This document shows, in pieces, positions 1 to 33,587 of a DNA stretch of 64,000 bases. A program made the position numbers and the translations under genes. The stretch is from NCBI RefSeq assembly GCF_009914755.1, contig NC_060941.1; one strand, given 5' to 3'. The stretch comes from the human T2T-CHM13v2.0 reference genome, Homo sapiens. The notes beneath the pieces were generated by a model. It searched no databases. It was given only the letters and a program-made list of their open reading frames with translations, and was not told the DNA's origin. Within the stretch, counting starts at the first letter, position 1; the number at the start of each line of letters is the position of its first letter.

Positions 1-2150
1 GAAGGCTTCGAACTGGGGAAAAGGGCAGCAATGAGGTGTGGCTGTAGCCCAGGGATAGTCAGGGAAGCAGATAATTTGGTTAACGTGTCTTCACCTAATA
101 AGGGAGCTGGGCAGGTGGGGATAACTAAAACAGAGTGCATAAAAGAATGCTGTCCAAGTTGGCACCAGAGTTGGGGAGTTTTAAGAGGTTTAGAAGCCTG
201 GCTGTCGATACCCTCAACAGTTATGGAGGCAAGGGAAACACGCCCTTGAAAAGAAGGTAATGTGGAGTGGGTAGCCTCCATATTGATTAAGAAGGGGATG
301 GACTTACCCTCCACTGTAAGTCACCCAAAGCGTCTGTGATGGTCCTGTAGGCTTCCAAGGCGATCGGGCAGTGTCAGTCTTCAGCCACTAAGCTGAGAAG
401 ATCTGGGAAGAAGTCAGTCAGAGAGCCTTAGGCCAGAGTTCCAGGTGCGCTGGGAGTGGCTGCCGGGCGAGTTGGACAGTCCGATTTCCAGTGGGGTCCC
501 ACACAGATGGGACGTGGCTTAGGAGGAATCCCAGGCTGTGGGCATTCCTTGGCCCAGTGGCCAGATTTCCGGCACTTGAAGCAAGATCCTGGGAGAGGCA
601 GTCCTGGAGGAATGCCTGGCCCCTGCGGTTTAGGCGTTTGGAAGTTCTTGTGTGCTGGAGATGTGGCTGGGGTTTCTCTCACAGCGGAGGCAAGTAATTG
701 CAACTCTTCTCTATTATTGTACACCTTGAAGGCGAGGTCAGTTAAGTCCTGTTGTGGGTTGAGGGCCAGAATCTAATTTTTGGAGCTTTTTCTAATGTCG
801 GGAGTGGGTTTGGTAATAAAATGCATATTGAGAATAAGACAGCCTTCTGGCCCCTCTGGGTCTAGGGTGGTAAAGCATCTAAGAGTTGTTGCCAAACAGG
901 CCATGGACTGGGCTGGGTTTTCATATTTGATGAAAAAGAGCCTAAACGCTAACTGATTTGGGAGAGGTCGGATAAAGAAAAAGGAGCATTAACCTTGGCT
1001 ATGCCTTCAGCTCCAGCCACCTCTCTAAGAGGAAATTGTTGGGCAGGTTGGGGAGGGCTAGTCGCAGAACGAAACTGTAAGCCAGATCGGGTGTGAGGAG
1101 GGGAGGTAATAGAAGGGTTCTACGGTGGGGGAGTGGAGGCTGAAGAAGAGTTGGGACTGGTGAGGAGCAGCCTGGGGAGGAGGGAAGAGGTCACATGGAT
1201 CTGTAGAAAAGGAGGATTCACAGGACTTAGAGCTTGGGGTGGAGACTGAAGGAACAGACAGGAGAGAAAGAAGAAAGATTTGGGACGAGTCGCATTGGGA
1301 GCAGAGACTAGGGAGGGGCCAATGTGTAAAAGAATGGCTGGACGTCAGGCACCTCAGACCATTTGCCCATTTTTTGACAAAAATTATCTAGATCTTATAA
1401 AATGGAGAAATCAAAAGTGCCGTTTTCTGGCTATTTAGAACTGTTATCGAGTTTGTATTGGGGTCAAGCAGTATTGCAGAAGAAAATAAGGCATTTAAGT
1501 TTTAGGTCAGGTGTGAGTTGAAGAGCTTTTAAGTTCTTGAGAACACAGGCTAAGGGAGGAGAAGGGGGAATGGAGGGCGGAAGTTTGCCCTAAGTGAAGG
1601 AGGTAAGTTTAAAGAGAAAAGTAGAGACACAGAGAAGAGGGGCGGTGAGTAGTCAAAGCAGGTGTTCCCGCAATTGACTTGCCACCAAGGGAATGTGGGT
1701 GAATGACCAAGGCAGGCATTCCCGCAGTGATCAGACACCAATGGAGTGTTGGTGAATAATCAGGCAGGCGTCCCTGCAGTGATTATACACCAAGGGAAGA
1801 CTGTCCTCCCGAGTCCGTGACCGGCACTGGAGTTTTGGGTCCATGGATAAAATGTGTCTCCTTGTCTCTACTAGAGAGGAAAAAGAACTGGAATTGGAAG
1901 GACAGGGAGATTAAAGGGTAGCGAGAGAGGAAGATTGTGAAGGGTAGTGAGAGAGGAAGATTGAAGGGTAGCGAGAGAGGCTGGTGAGGAGTGAAAAGAC
2001 CGCTTATCTGATTTGAAATTGGTGAGATGTTCCTTGGGTTGGTTGGTCTGAGGACCCGAGGTTGTAGGTGGATCTCCTCACGGAGTGAGGGCAAGGACAG
2101 GGGACCGGTCTCCTGAAGGAGTCCTCCTGTCCCGGGTCTTCAGCACCACA
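1..2150 (-). mobile_element. HERV-H-family provirus internal region (leader and degenerate gag), continuing past the left edge
   Basis: Minus ORF 428-724 carries a Gag nucleocapsid CCHC knuckle ([14 protein letters not shown]) plus a degenerate second one ([12 protein letters not shown]). Leader motif GGACCCAAAACTCC..GCCGGTCACGGACT near 1810-1842. Directly abuts an LTR7-like end. Confidence 0.9.
2130..2148 (-). promoter_or_regulatory. Retroviral primer-binding site, tRNA-Phe-like (TGGTGCTGAAGACCCGGGA)
   Basis: Lies 2 nt after the LTR terminal CA. It is closer to the tRNA-Phe complement TGGTGCCGAAACCCGGGA than to tRNA-His TGGTGCCGTGACTCGGAT. Confidence 0.75.
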
Positions 2151-5127
<2,977 letters not shown>

Positions 5128-5699
5128 TTATTCAGCGGACAATAGGAACTTCATGAAACATACAGTTGATTTCTACATTTAATAAAAAAATAATTTAAAG
5201 TACCCAGAGTACTTAAACTTCTAGGAATGTTGATGAAATAGGCACGTCTAGTTATAATATCTAATTTATTACTTTAGTTACACATGCATATTTAAAATAA
5301 CATTATATATATAATACATTAATACAAAATATTGCTTTTTTCCCATTCTCACATTTCAAGTAACAATTTTATTCACTCTCTACATGCATCTTGGACATCA
5401 ACGTCTTCATGGTATCTACAGTCCATTTCTCAAAGTGTATCTCCTTCACTTGCATCTAAGCTGTCTGAGATGCAGCACTTCTCAAATACATGTCTGACTC
5501 ACTGGCAAGTTTGACCCAAGTTACCACATTAGGACCATCCTCCCCGGCCCCCAATTTATCATGTAGGTGTATTTGTAATCCTTACAACAAAATTACTTAT
5601 TGCTTTTGTAATTGCTCTTTGAAAGGCAGATTATGAAACCTAACTCTTGCAATAGTGAGGGAATGATTTTCCTGGTATAATGACTTAAGTTTCTTCCTT

Positions 5700-6400
5700 C
5701 CCCTCTAATCCATTCCAATAAGAGGACTCTATAATGGTACAAAACTTCATTGTTTGAGGTTGCTGTGGGTAGTATGTTAGGAGAAACCAGAGGTAGAGCA
5801 GTTGCAGGAGATCACCAAGTTTGGTTACAGGTGCAATCGAGGAGTGAAACGCCAGTCTTGGGAACAGGCCAGATTGCCGGGCAGACTGCCATCATGGACA
5901 GTGATGTTCCTGGGGTGGGAATGAAGTGACGAAACCTGGGAGTGGTAGATGGAAGACTTGGAGAAACAGGCAGGAGCGGCTTGGAGCTGAGCAGATGGCA
6001 AAAGTGAAAGGGCAGTTTCAGATGGCAAGGCTGTGGAAGCAGCACTGGCTGGGAGTGGGTGCTACGGACAATGATGATGGGGTGTGGGGTAGGGAGTCAG
6101 GACTGGGAAGAAATGGTGTCTTGAGACTTGCAGAATGGGCAAGTCCTAGAGAAAGAGTGAGATGGTCACAAAGTCTGTAAACTGCAGGGTTGAGGGAGGG
6201 CACCTAAACTGCCCCCCGCAGGTCCCTTACTGTCTAGTAGCACTCATCCCATTGAGTGGTCATTGCTTGCTTTCTGGACTGCAAGGAGGGCAGGCAGTGT
6301 TTGTCTTGGATACTGCTGTATCCCCAGCAACTACAACAGGCATATAATAGGCCCTCAGGAAATACATACCTGATGAAGAAATAGAGAGATGAAGGAAGAA
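5700..6400. mobile_element. Ancient L2 fragments
   Basis: L2 3'-end-like sequence near 6280-6375 (GGGCAGG..TGTCTTG..CTGCTGTATCCCCAGC..TAATAGGCCCTCAG). Confidence 0.45.
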
Positions 6401-6940
6401 GGAAAGAAAAGACTAAGGTATGAGCATTCTCTGGGAGGGACTTGAAAAGGAGGTCAGCGAAGGAGAGACAGGCCAGGAAAGGCATGGTGGGGACCTCAGA
6501 GGGAACTGAGGACCTGAGGTGCAAACAGAAAGAAAATGAACCAGACAGGATTTGTGTGAGATTCCACTGGAACCTTGGGTATGATCCCAACAGCCGCAAG
6601 TCTCAGCCTGGACTGTCACGGGTACTGTTCCCAGCAAAGGGGCTGGGGAGTGGATGACTATGGGGCTGAAACTGGTCTGTGGCCTCTTCTAAGCCTCATC
6701 CCAGCAAGAGACTTGCTTTGATGGCCTCAGATCTGCCTAGGCAACCAGAGACTGAGAAACTACAGTGGTGTTTGGGTGTTCTCAGCTTTGATAAACATCT
6801 GAATAATAGTAAAGGATTTATGTGCTTGTTTGGGTGAGTCATAAATAATAGGTCTCAAATTACATTTCTGTATAGCATGGTCATTCCCAATAAAAGGGAA
6901 TGAAAATATTCATTTCCCAACTCACAGGAAAGATTTTAAG

Positions 6941-7416
6941 GCAGGGATTCTTGAAAAGTATGGTCTCCAGAGCAGCAGCATCTGGGAATTTGTTAAGAAT
7001 GCAAATTCCTGCCTGTAATCCCAGCACTTTGGGAGGCCGAGGTGGGTGGATCACGAGGTCAGGAGTTCAGACCAGCCTGGCCAAGATGGTGAAACCCCGT
7101 CTCTACTAAAAATACAAAAATTAGCCGGGCATGGTGGCGGGCGCCTGTAGTCCCAGCTACTCAGGACGCTGAGGCAGAGAACTGCTTGAACCCGGGAGAC
7201 GGAGGTTGCAGTGAGCCGAGATCGTGCCACTGCACTCCAGCCTGGGGGACAGAATGAGACTCTGTCTCAGAGAAAAAACAAAAACAAAAACAAAGGCAAA
7301 TTCTTGCACCACCCCAGACCTACTAAATTAGAAACTTTGGGGATTAGGCCCAATGATGCACATTTTCACAAGTCCTCCAGGGGATCCTGATGCATGTGAA
7401 AATTTAAGAACCACTG
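6941..7416. mobile_element. MER5A-type hAT element split by a 5'-truncated Alu (~7010-7295, +)
   Basis: ..AGCAGCAGCATCTGGGAATTTGTTAAGAATGCAAATTC | Alu | GCAAATTCTTG..AAAATTTAAGAACCACTG. GCAAATTC is repeated on both sides of the Alu. Confidence 0.8.
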
Positions 7417-7595
7417 CTTTAAGGTAGATAGATGGGATGTTTTCCATTTTAAAGTGAATCCCTCTAATTTTTTTCTGAAGTTTTTGATATCTTCTATACT
7501 TGTCTGTGGTGAGTACCAATAAGCAGGAAAATGAGAGAAGAGAACATTTGCAGGATAGCACAGTTGTGAGTAAGAGGGCAGTTTCCCCTGGCTGA

Positions 7596-10763
<3,168 letters not shown>

Positions 10764-10980
10764 TCAAAAATCATTATAAGGATAACTGACAGATTAATGT
10801 AGTCCAATGCAAGGATGCAGGAATAGATGCAGAAACCAAGGATGTCTTCAGGGTTATCAAGGTACCTGCTATCTCAGGCCCACATGCTTCTGTTTGTCCA
10901 TGCAGTGCTGGCTCCTGATTTTGTAAGTGCCACATCCAAGCACCATTCCAGATGGTGAACAGTATCTCTCCTTCCCCATG

Positions 10981-12184
<1,204 letters not shown>

Positions 12185-12539
12185 TAACATTAAGAACTGT
12201 CTTGGGCCTGTCTGGATCAGGAGTTCAACCCAGGTCCAATCAACTGGTGTGTGGGCAAGAGGGAGGAGAGGGCGAGAGAAAAGGTCACTGTGTAGAAACA
12301 TAAACCCCACTCCTGAAGTCAGGCAGGTACCCAAACACTGTCACTGGAGAGAGGTCAGTCACTTCATCAGGTGCTTAGCTCTCAGTACTTAAATAAAACA
12401 GCAAAGAAGTTTGTACTTTGTTACAATTCAGAATGACCTTCCCCTCCAAATTCCTACTGAACTAGTCAAACCTCCAGTACTGTAAACTACTTACATTTCG
12501 AAAAGCTCTACTGAATGTTGAAATCCAAGTAGAAAAAGT

Positions 12540-14885
12540 TATAAAAAGTTACTCCCTGTTTTATTGCTGTTCACTGGATTTGGCTGACATTTGCTTTTTA
12601 CTTTCATCAAATCTTACCGAATGATGAAGACACATCAAGTTACAAAGGTACCACTTTCTCTCTAATATCTTTTCTTTTTAAACAATTTGTGTCAATGTCA
12701 ACAACATGATAAAGATGAAGGGTGTTCAACTGATTATTTGAACCCATAAAAACTCCACCAGGGAATCTTATTTTGTGGGCACAATGCACAGAGCCTGGAA
12801 CATGGTGGGTGCTCAATGTTGGAGGAATCAAATTCCAACTTTAAAATGAGTACAAGGACCTACTTTAGATCAAATATTAAATCTGGCTAATAATTTCGGG
12901 CCACACTCCGCTTCTGTGTCTCAAAGCAGGTGGGGCAGAAAAAAGTAGCCGAGTCTCAAATTTGCTGCTATTCTCTTTATAAGCAGTTTACAACTACTTG
13001 GCATCTCTAGCTCAGAAGCACAAAATGTATATACAAAGAAATGATTAGAATTTATCTTAACTGAAAGCACTAGTTTAAACAGCCTAGAGTCTTGTAGAAA
13101 TTGTTATTCCAAAACATGCAGAGGCAGCAAGAGTTGCCCAAAACCACATTTTATTCTATAACCTTTATATTGCTTTTCTGTTAAAGATTGAAGCAATGTG
13201 AAGTGGATGGAAATATTTTGTTAAAAGAACAAAATGAATTAATCACAGCATAGATGACTAATAAAAACCTTGGGTTTATGCCATACACTTCAAACACAAG
13301 GCAAAGTCCAGTAGTGGCTCATGTTCTGGGTTTTTAGAAAGCAAATGAAAATATTTGGAAAGATCAATATATTTCAACAGAAGAGCCATAAATGCCCTGA
13401 AAGCAGAAAGTTGACACAATTTTAAATAGAATTCATATATATATATTTTAAAATCAAACACAATTAAATATAATATGGTTTAAGTACATGAATACTTCAG
13501 CTTTAAAAGAATAACAGAGGTGGTACATAGTACCAAAAACTTACACAAAGCCTTTTTGCTTCTTCTGTCGATGAAACAGTGTGCCTCTATACAATCAAAT
13601 ATTGCAATGGAATAAATTCTCTGTTCATTCAAGACTTTCTCAAGGACAAAAGTGATTAATAATTATATATTTATACATATATATATATATATTTTTTTTT
13701 GCAAAGTCTGAGCAAAAGCAGTAACATCTAAGAGAACTTTCTTTCCTCTCAATCATGTGCATTGAGGAAGCGCTGGCGCCACGTGGTCAATGGAGTGTGC
13801 TCACCAACTGGGCAGTCCTGCTGATGGCTGTGTGATCCCGATGCAGAAGCCAACTGAGCAGAAGTGCAGTGAGTGAGTCTCTTACTATCCTAAAGAAAGG
13901 AGAAGAAAGACGACCAACTGCACACTTTCCAGCTCACAGCAAAGAATGGGGGAGGCAGTCAAAGTCAAATGTTTCTCTCTCCCCAGTCATCCTGCTCACC
14001 TTATTTAAAAAAAAAAAAAGTATAATTTGGGAAGAACTGCTTTGTTCAAGGTGCCACAGGGGCAAAAGTGGAGTCATCGCTATTTCTTTCTTTCTTTCCA
14101 CATGTATTCTGAAGGGAAAGTTAAGTAACTGGAGTGCAGAATTCCAAAGGGGCAAATCCTAATGCTCAAAGTAAACCAGATTCACACCCTTCTGTTAGCA
14201 GGGGAGAGAATGGTTTTAAGTATAGTGCATCTCAGGAGGAGGAATTAAAATGTGAAAACTATATACTGCCATCAGAGGAAGGAGGAAGTCACTGAAACTT
14301 GACCCATGACTTGTCAGTTTCCTTCCAAATTAATGCCGCTGTCAAGAAGACTGCATAATTAACTCTCACCCTGTTCCGCTGAAGCTGCTAGCACCACGCT
14401 GCCACTCAAAGCTGCCTGGCTCTCGGTGGGGCTGACTCACCTGCTTTGGAAGGACAAAGCAAACCACCTCTGGCACCTGCTTTACAATGCTGATTAGGGA
14501 TGAGTTACCACTACGAGTGTGCATCAAGTATCAGTTCTATGCTTATCTGCTTCCCAGAGGATGTGGTCCCTGTCTATTCCAGTAGGCTAAAACACTCTCA
14601 TAAATGGGTTATTGCCATTGGAAAACTAATAATTTTCTAGTAATGTAAACAATACCATTTTGTATCTTTAAGACTCTCACTGTGTGAACATCATGTGCAT
14701 CAATTATGCCTACAGGTAACTGCATTATGGTGGAAGTCTAGGATTGTCTCCCATTCTCTCCTGGAAACAACAGTGACAGATCAGAAATATAGTGCTGTTT
14801 TCATTGGCTGTGTTGAAGAATCCAACCAAGGGAAAAAAGTTCTCTTATTTTTCACAAGCAGATTTCCTTTATCTCAAGTTTTGAG
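12540..14885 (-). other. AKAP10: AKAP10 3' UTR (distal end uncertain)
   Basis: Repeat-poor AU-rich sequence after the stop codon. Candidate poly(A) signals on the minus strand: AATAAA 13150-13155, TATAAA 12976-12981, AATAAA 12560-12565. Confidence 0.65.
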
Positions 14886-14891
14886 TCATAA
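14886..14891 (-). CDS. AKAP10: AKAP10 terminal exon coding part (Leu + TGA)
   Basis: Long polypyrimidine tract then cag|TTA TGA; completes the known C-terminus ..EKSTKL. Confidence 0.92.
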   Translation of the reverse strand, partial: L

Positions 14892-15672
14892 CTGAAAAAA
14901 GAAAAGAAAAGAAAATGGTAAGGTGCATTTCTCTAACAAGTGACCTATTATTACAAATTAAGGATGGACACCAACACTTAGTGTTTACTATATACCAGAG
15001 TTTAAGACAGCCAGAAGCTGACTACAATTTTGTGAGGTAAAATATTGTAATTTTCCTTGTTAAAATATGAGTGAACAGAAGCTTAAAGAGGTTACGTAAC
15101 TTACCCAAGGGGCATATAACAAGGACTGGCATCCAGACTTGCTTTCCCATGTTGGCAATAGATATTAGAATGAAAAATATTGCCAATTTTCAATAGAGTA
15201 ATTCTACTTCTAGGAATTAACCCTAGAGCATATTCAAGAGGGATGGTAAAGACACACATGCAGACATTCACTGACTCCCTCCTGTAGTCACAGCACTGCG
15301 GACAAATATCACGGAAGACAAGGTCCCCGGTATTGTGGCATGGGACATGTGCACATGAAGCAATTCAGTAATGGTGTGAGGTAGTTTATGCTGAATGTCC
15401 AAGTACATCCTATAGGCAAATGTCGAGTTGGAGGTTGAAGCAGAGAGGTATCAACACAGGATAAAGAGAATGAGTATTCCTTCGCAGGCCTAGGACTTCA
15501 TGCATTCATAAAATCATGGAATGAGGATTAGAAGGGGTTTTTCTTTTGGGGTTTTGGTGTCGAATTTCTCTGATCTACTAATGAGGACATGAGGAACTAA
15601 AGTAGTCACCTGCAAAAGGTCACACTTACTGCCTAAAGTAAAGAAAAACTCAGCTAGTTCTTCGAGTCTACT

Positions 15673-17578
<1,906 letters not shown>

Positions 17579-17839
17579 CTGAACTTTGATATTTAACTCT
17601 TTCGTTCAGCAAGACTACTGGGCTCTGTTTGGTTTCCATGGTTTCCCTGTATTGCCCATTGTCCAATATATGCAAACAGTTGTTTCATTTAGTTTGTCAA
17701 TTTTCTAGTTGCTTATGATAAGAAGGTAATCCCCACAGCAGTTAATCCTTCAAAGGCAAAGAAACCCCTTATGTTCTTTTTTATTTTTACACCTGGAAAA
17801 TAATACTTTTTAGTTTACACAAAACGAAGTCATCCTTAC

Positions 17840-17935
17840 CTTTGTAGATTTCTCTAACGGTTGATCATACTGAGCCTGCTGCATAATGTCACTGACTATC
17901 ATTTTAGCAATCTTCCAAGCTAGCTCTTCCTGGGC
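17840..17935 (-). CDS. AKAP10: AKAP10 exon 14: AQEELAWKIAKMIVSDIMQQAQYDQPLEKSTK (PKA-binding AKB helix)
   Basis: tag|GCC..AAG|gtaagg, 96 nt, phase 0/0; matches the D-AKAP2 AKB sequence. Confidence 0.97.
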
Positions 17936-18584
17936 CTAAAGAAAATAATTTAAACTGGTGATAATGGTTATTCATTAGATGGATCGAGATGCACATACTC
18001 AGTGCTCTTAACAAATGGCTTACGCACATAATTTCTACTTATTTGGATAAGAATTTCATTCCCATGTACGAAAAAACCTGGGCCACCCTCTGGCTATGAA
18101 TATTAACATGTCATTCCCTGTCTTCCAGTGTCAACTACTGGATACCTAACACCGAACTACTTTCATATTAGATGGTCAAAATAAAACATTTTCCTTTTTT
18201 CACCTCCCATCTCTCAATGTACTTAATTAACTATTAAAAAAGCAAGCCTCCACTACTTGAAGTAAAACTGCCAGTGGGGAAGGAAACATTTGAGCTTTTG
18301 ATCTACACACTGATTACTGATGCCTGCTGGCTGATGGAAACTTGAATGCATGTATATCCTTCAGTGGTCCTAGCCTCTGACTGAAGATACCTTCACTGCT
18401 ACTACCAGGCAATTGTTAGATGTTAAGAAGGGACCACCCTTTCTTGGTACATTCTGGGTAAGAGAACATAAATGTGCCATGCTGCTTAAACATGGGACCT
18501 AAAGAAAAGGAAAATTTTAAACCTCACTTACATGAGGGTGGCACTTATAAACAGAAATCTTTTTATCCTAAAGGTAGGATTTAC

Positions 18585-18637
18585 CTCATCAGTATTTCCT
18601 TGCACCCATTTCTTCATAGCTTGTGAGAACATGGATC
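18585..18637 (-). CDS. AKAP10: AKAP10 exon 13: (G)SMFSQAMKKWVQGNTDE
   Basis: tag|GA TCC..GAG|gtaaat, 53 nt, phases match neighbouring exons. Confidence 0.96.
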
Positions 18638-18704
18638 CTAGTAAACAAAGACAAAATTGAATGTACATTTCATGCATAATTTTACATTAAAAATGCTCTT
18701 ATTT

Positions 18705-27277
<8,573 letters not shown>

Positions 27278-27582
27278 AATAGCTCTTAATCTTAAACATA
27301 CTTATCAAAATTGAATTTTTCTTCTTACAAAAATTAGTATCTTTTACTCAATAAAATACTGTCAATTCAACCAAACTAAAAACTTCTAGATACCATCTGT
27401 CACGGATCCACATTTGTTTCTGAAATCTTCCTGTGTAAACCAGGAAGAAAATGAAATCAGTCACAAAGAATGCACTTGACAAAAAAGATTTCTGTTGTCT
27501 AACCCTTGGATTTGACTAAACTACTCTTCTGATTAAATGAACAATTTGAATTTTGACCTATTAATATTTTCCACATATATTT

Positions 27583-27980
27583 ATTTTTTTTAAATTTATT
27601 ATACTTTAAGTTCTAGGGTACATGTGCACAACGTGCAGCTTTGTTACATATGTATACATGTACCATGTTGGTGTGCTGCACCCATTAACTCGTCATTTAT
27701 ATTAGGTATATCTCCTAATGCTATTCCTCCCCCAGCCCCCCACCCCACGACAGGCCCCAGCGTGTGATGTTCCCCACCCTGTGTCCAAGTGTTCTCATTG
27801 TTCAATTCCCACCTATGAGTGAGAGCATGCGGTGTTTGGTTTTCTATCCTTGAGACAGTTTGCTCAGAATGATGGTTTCCAGCTTCATCCATGTCCCTAC
27901 AAAGGACATGAACTCATCCTTTTTTATGGCTGCATAGTATCCATGGTGTATATGTGCCACATTTTCTTAATCCAGTCTAT
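27583..27980 (-). mobile_element. 5'-truncated primate L1PA 3' end (~400 bp) with an 18-bp TSD
   Basis: Classic L1PA 3' UTR (TTATACTTTAAGTTCTAGGGTACATGTGCACAACGTGCAG). TATTTTCCACATATATTT at 27565-27582 and 27978-27995. Confidence 0.95.
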
Positions 27981-28693
27981 TTTCCACATATATTTCATTA
28001 CTTTTATATTTCATTACTTTCATCAATCTTGAGGAAATTTAATAAAAATAATTTAATAAGGCCAGGCATGGTGGCTCACACTTGTAATCCCAGCACTTTG
28101 GGAAGCCAAGGCGGATGGATTGCTTGAGGTCAGGAGTATGAGACCAGCCTAGCCAACGTGGTGAAACCTCATCTCTGCTAAAAATACAAAAATTAGCCAG
28201 GTGTGGTGGTGCGCACTTGTAGTCCCAGCTACTCAGGAGGATGAGGCAGGAAAATCGCTTGAACCTAGGAAGCAGAGGTTGCAGTGAGGTGCGGTCAGAC
28301 CACTGCACTCCGGTCTGGGTGACAGAGCAAGAACTGTCTCAAAAAAAAAAAAGAAAAGAGAAAAAATATAATTTAATAAAATAAACGGTCTCAAACATTA
28401 AGTCCAACTTAGGTCGGGTATTTTGCCATTAAATAAGAAAATAGACAATGCTTTTTCATATTCATGTGCCTTCTGGAGTGGCAAAGCAAGTTCACTAACT
28501 TTTGATTCAGAGGAGATTGCATAAAGATGTGACTACAGGAAGCCCTTGTACTTACTTCTGACTATAAACACAAGGTGAAAGATACAGTGGTTACTTTACA
28601 AAATAAACAGTTTAAACCTTAAGTGGTCTTTGACTTACAGTCAATCACTAATGTGAGTAAAGGCTTAATATGAAGTATAAAAACACCACAAAC

Positions 28694-28776
28694 CTTTTGA
28701 TTTCCTTACATCAGGTTCAGGCTCAGATTCTCGGATGAATTGCCCCAAGTCACTGACTCTTCCAAATGTCATCTTC
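28694..28776 (-). CDS. AKAP10: AKAP10 exon 12: (G)KMTFGRVSDLGQFIRESEPEPDVRKSK(G)
   Basis: tag|G AAG..AAA G|gtttgt, 83 nt. Confidence 0.96.
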
Positions 28777-28949
28777 CTAAATAAGAATGAACAGAAGACT
28801 TTAACTTCTAACAATCAGTTTTAAATTTAGGAGAAAACAATCAATTTAAAGCGTTTCATCTAAATCTAGAAAGCCAGAAACACAATTTATAGCTATCCTA
28901 AGTAATTTAAAGTAGGGATTATTTGAAATAAAACATTGCTGCACAGAAA

Positions 28950-32484
<3,535 letters not shown>

Positions 32485-33066
32485 TACCACTGTTACTTTC
32501 TACTGAAAGTAATTAAATATGTTGAAATCCCTTTTTCATGGTGCTGCTGGGAACTGGGGTACGGATCAGGGTAGTGTAATCAAGCCTTTACACACCTTTA
32601 CATGTTAATCAAGCTATCTTTAGGGAAGAGAAAGTGATTTTATGATTGGATCTGTGGTAAATTTCAGTAAGTGGCATATCCTATGAATCACTATCTTTTT
32701 ATTACAAGCTAAAATGAATAACCAACTTAATTCTTAAACTCAAAGGAATACTTTTTCCAAGTATCAGTTATGCAGCCCAGAGTAAATGATGTTGGCATCT
32801 TTTCACTTTATTATTCTCATTTTACAGATGAAGAAACTGAGATACCAAGAGGTTAGCGGCTGCCAATAAATGGCAGAGCCAAGATTAAAACCCAGGAAGT
32901 CACTCCAGAGCCTTTATACTTAACCACCACATTATACTGCACACTCTAAGTGAAAGTTCTGGGCATATAATAATAGATTAGAAAAAAATGTAAAATTTAA
33001 TTAAAAAATTTAAAAGATGCAAAGTTATTTACACTTGTAAAAATTCTAGGCATGAGCTAAGCTTAC

Positions 33067-33176
33067 CCGGCATATGTCCGTTGATATAAAGATTCTGGAT
33101 CCAGACTTGCCGCATCCACAATTATCGCTTCATCAAAATTTTTCAGTATTTTAATACTGGCTTTTTTCACACTGGA
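33067..33176 (-). CDS. AKAP10: AKAP10 exon 11: SSVKKASIKILKNFDEAIIVDAASLDPESLYQRTYA(G)
   Basis: tag|TCC..GCC GG|gtaagc, 110 nt. Confidence 0.96.
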
Positions 33177-33419
33177 CTACAATAGAAATTGTAAAATTAG
33201 AAGTATATGAAACAATCAGTCCTGGGCTTGGAATGTGACAGATTTGTACAAAATTTTCTTCAGTGTTTGAAATAGAAGTAACTTTCACTCAACCTCATCA
33301 CTATTAAGATGCTTAACAACAATGACTCTGAAATGTAACCTCATACTATAGCTAAAAGAGGAAAGCACAATATTAAAATGTACATGCCGGGCACAGTGAC
33401 TGAAGCCTATAATTCCTAG

Positions 33420-33587
<168 letters not shown>

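Noticed and set aside
1650-1982. ~50-bp and ~25-bp tandem repeats that look superficially array-like
   Set aside because: These are internal ERV leader repeats with no unique spacers or cas genes, in a eukaryotic context; not CRISPR.
13768-13790. CCACGTGG E-box / partial CTCF-like motif in the 3' UTR
   Set aside because: A single short motif with core mismatches to CTCF; unsupported without ChIP data.
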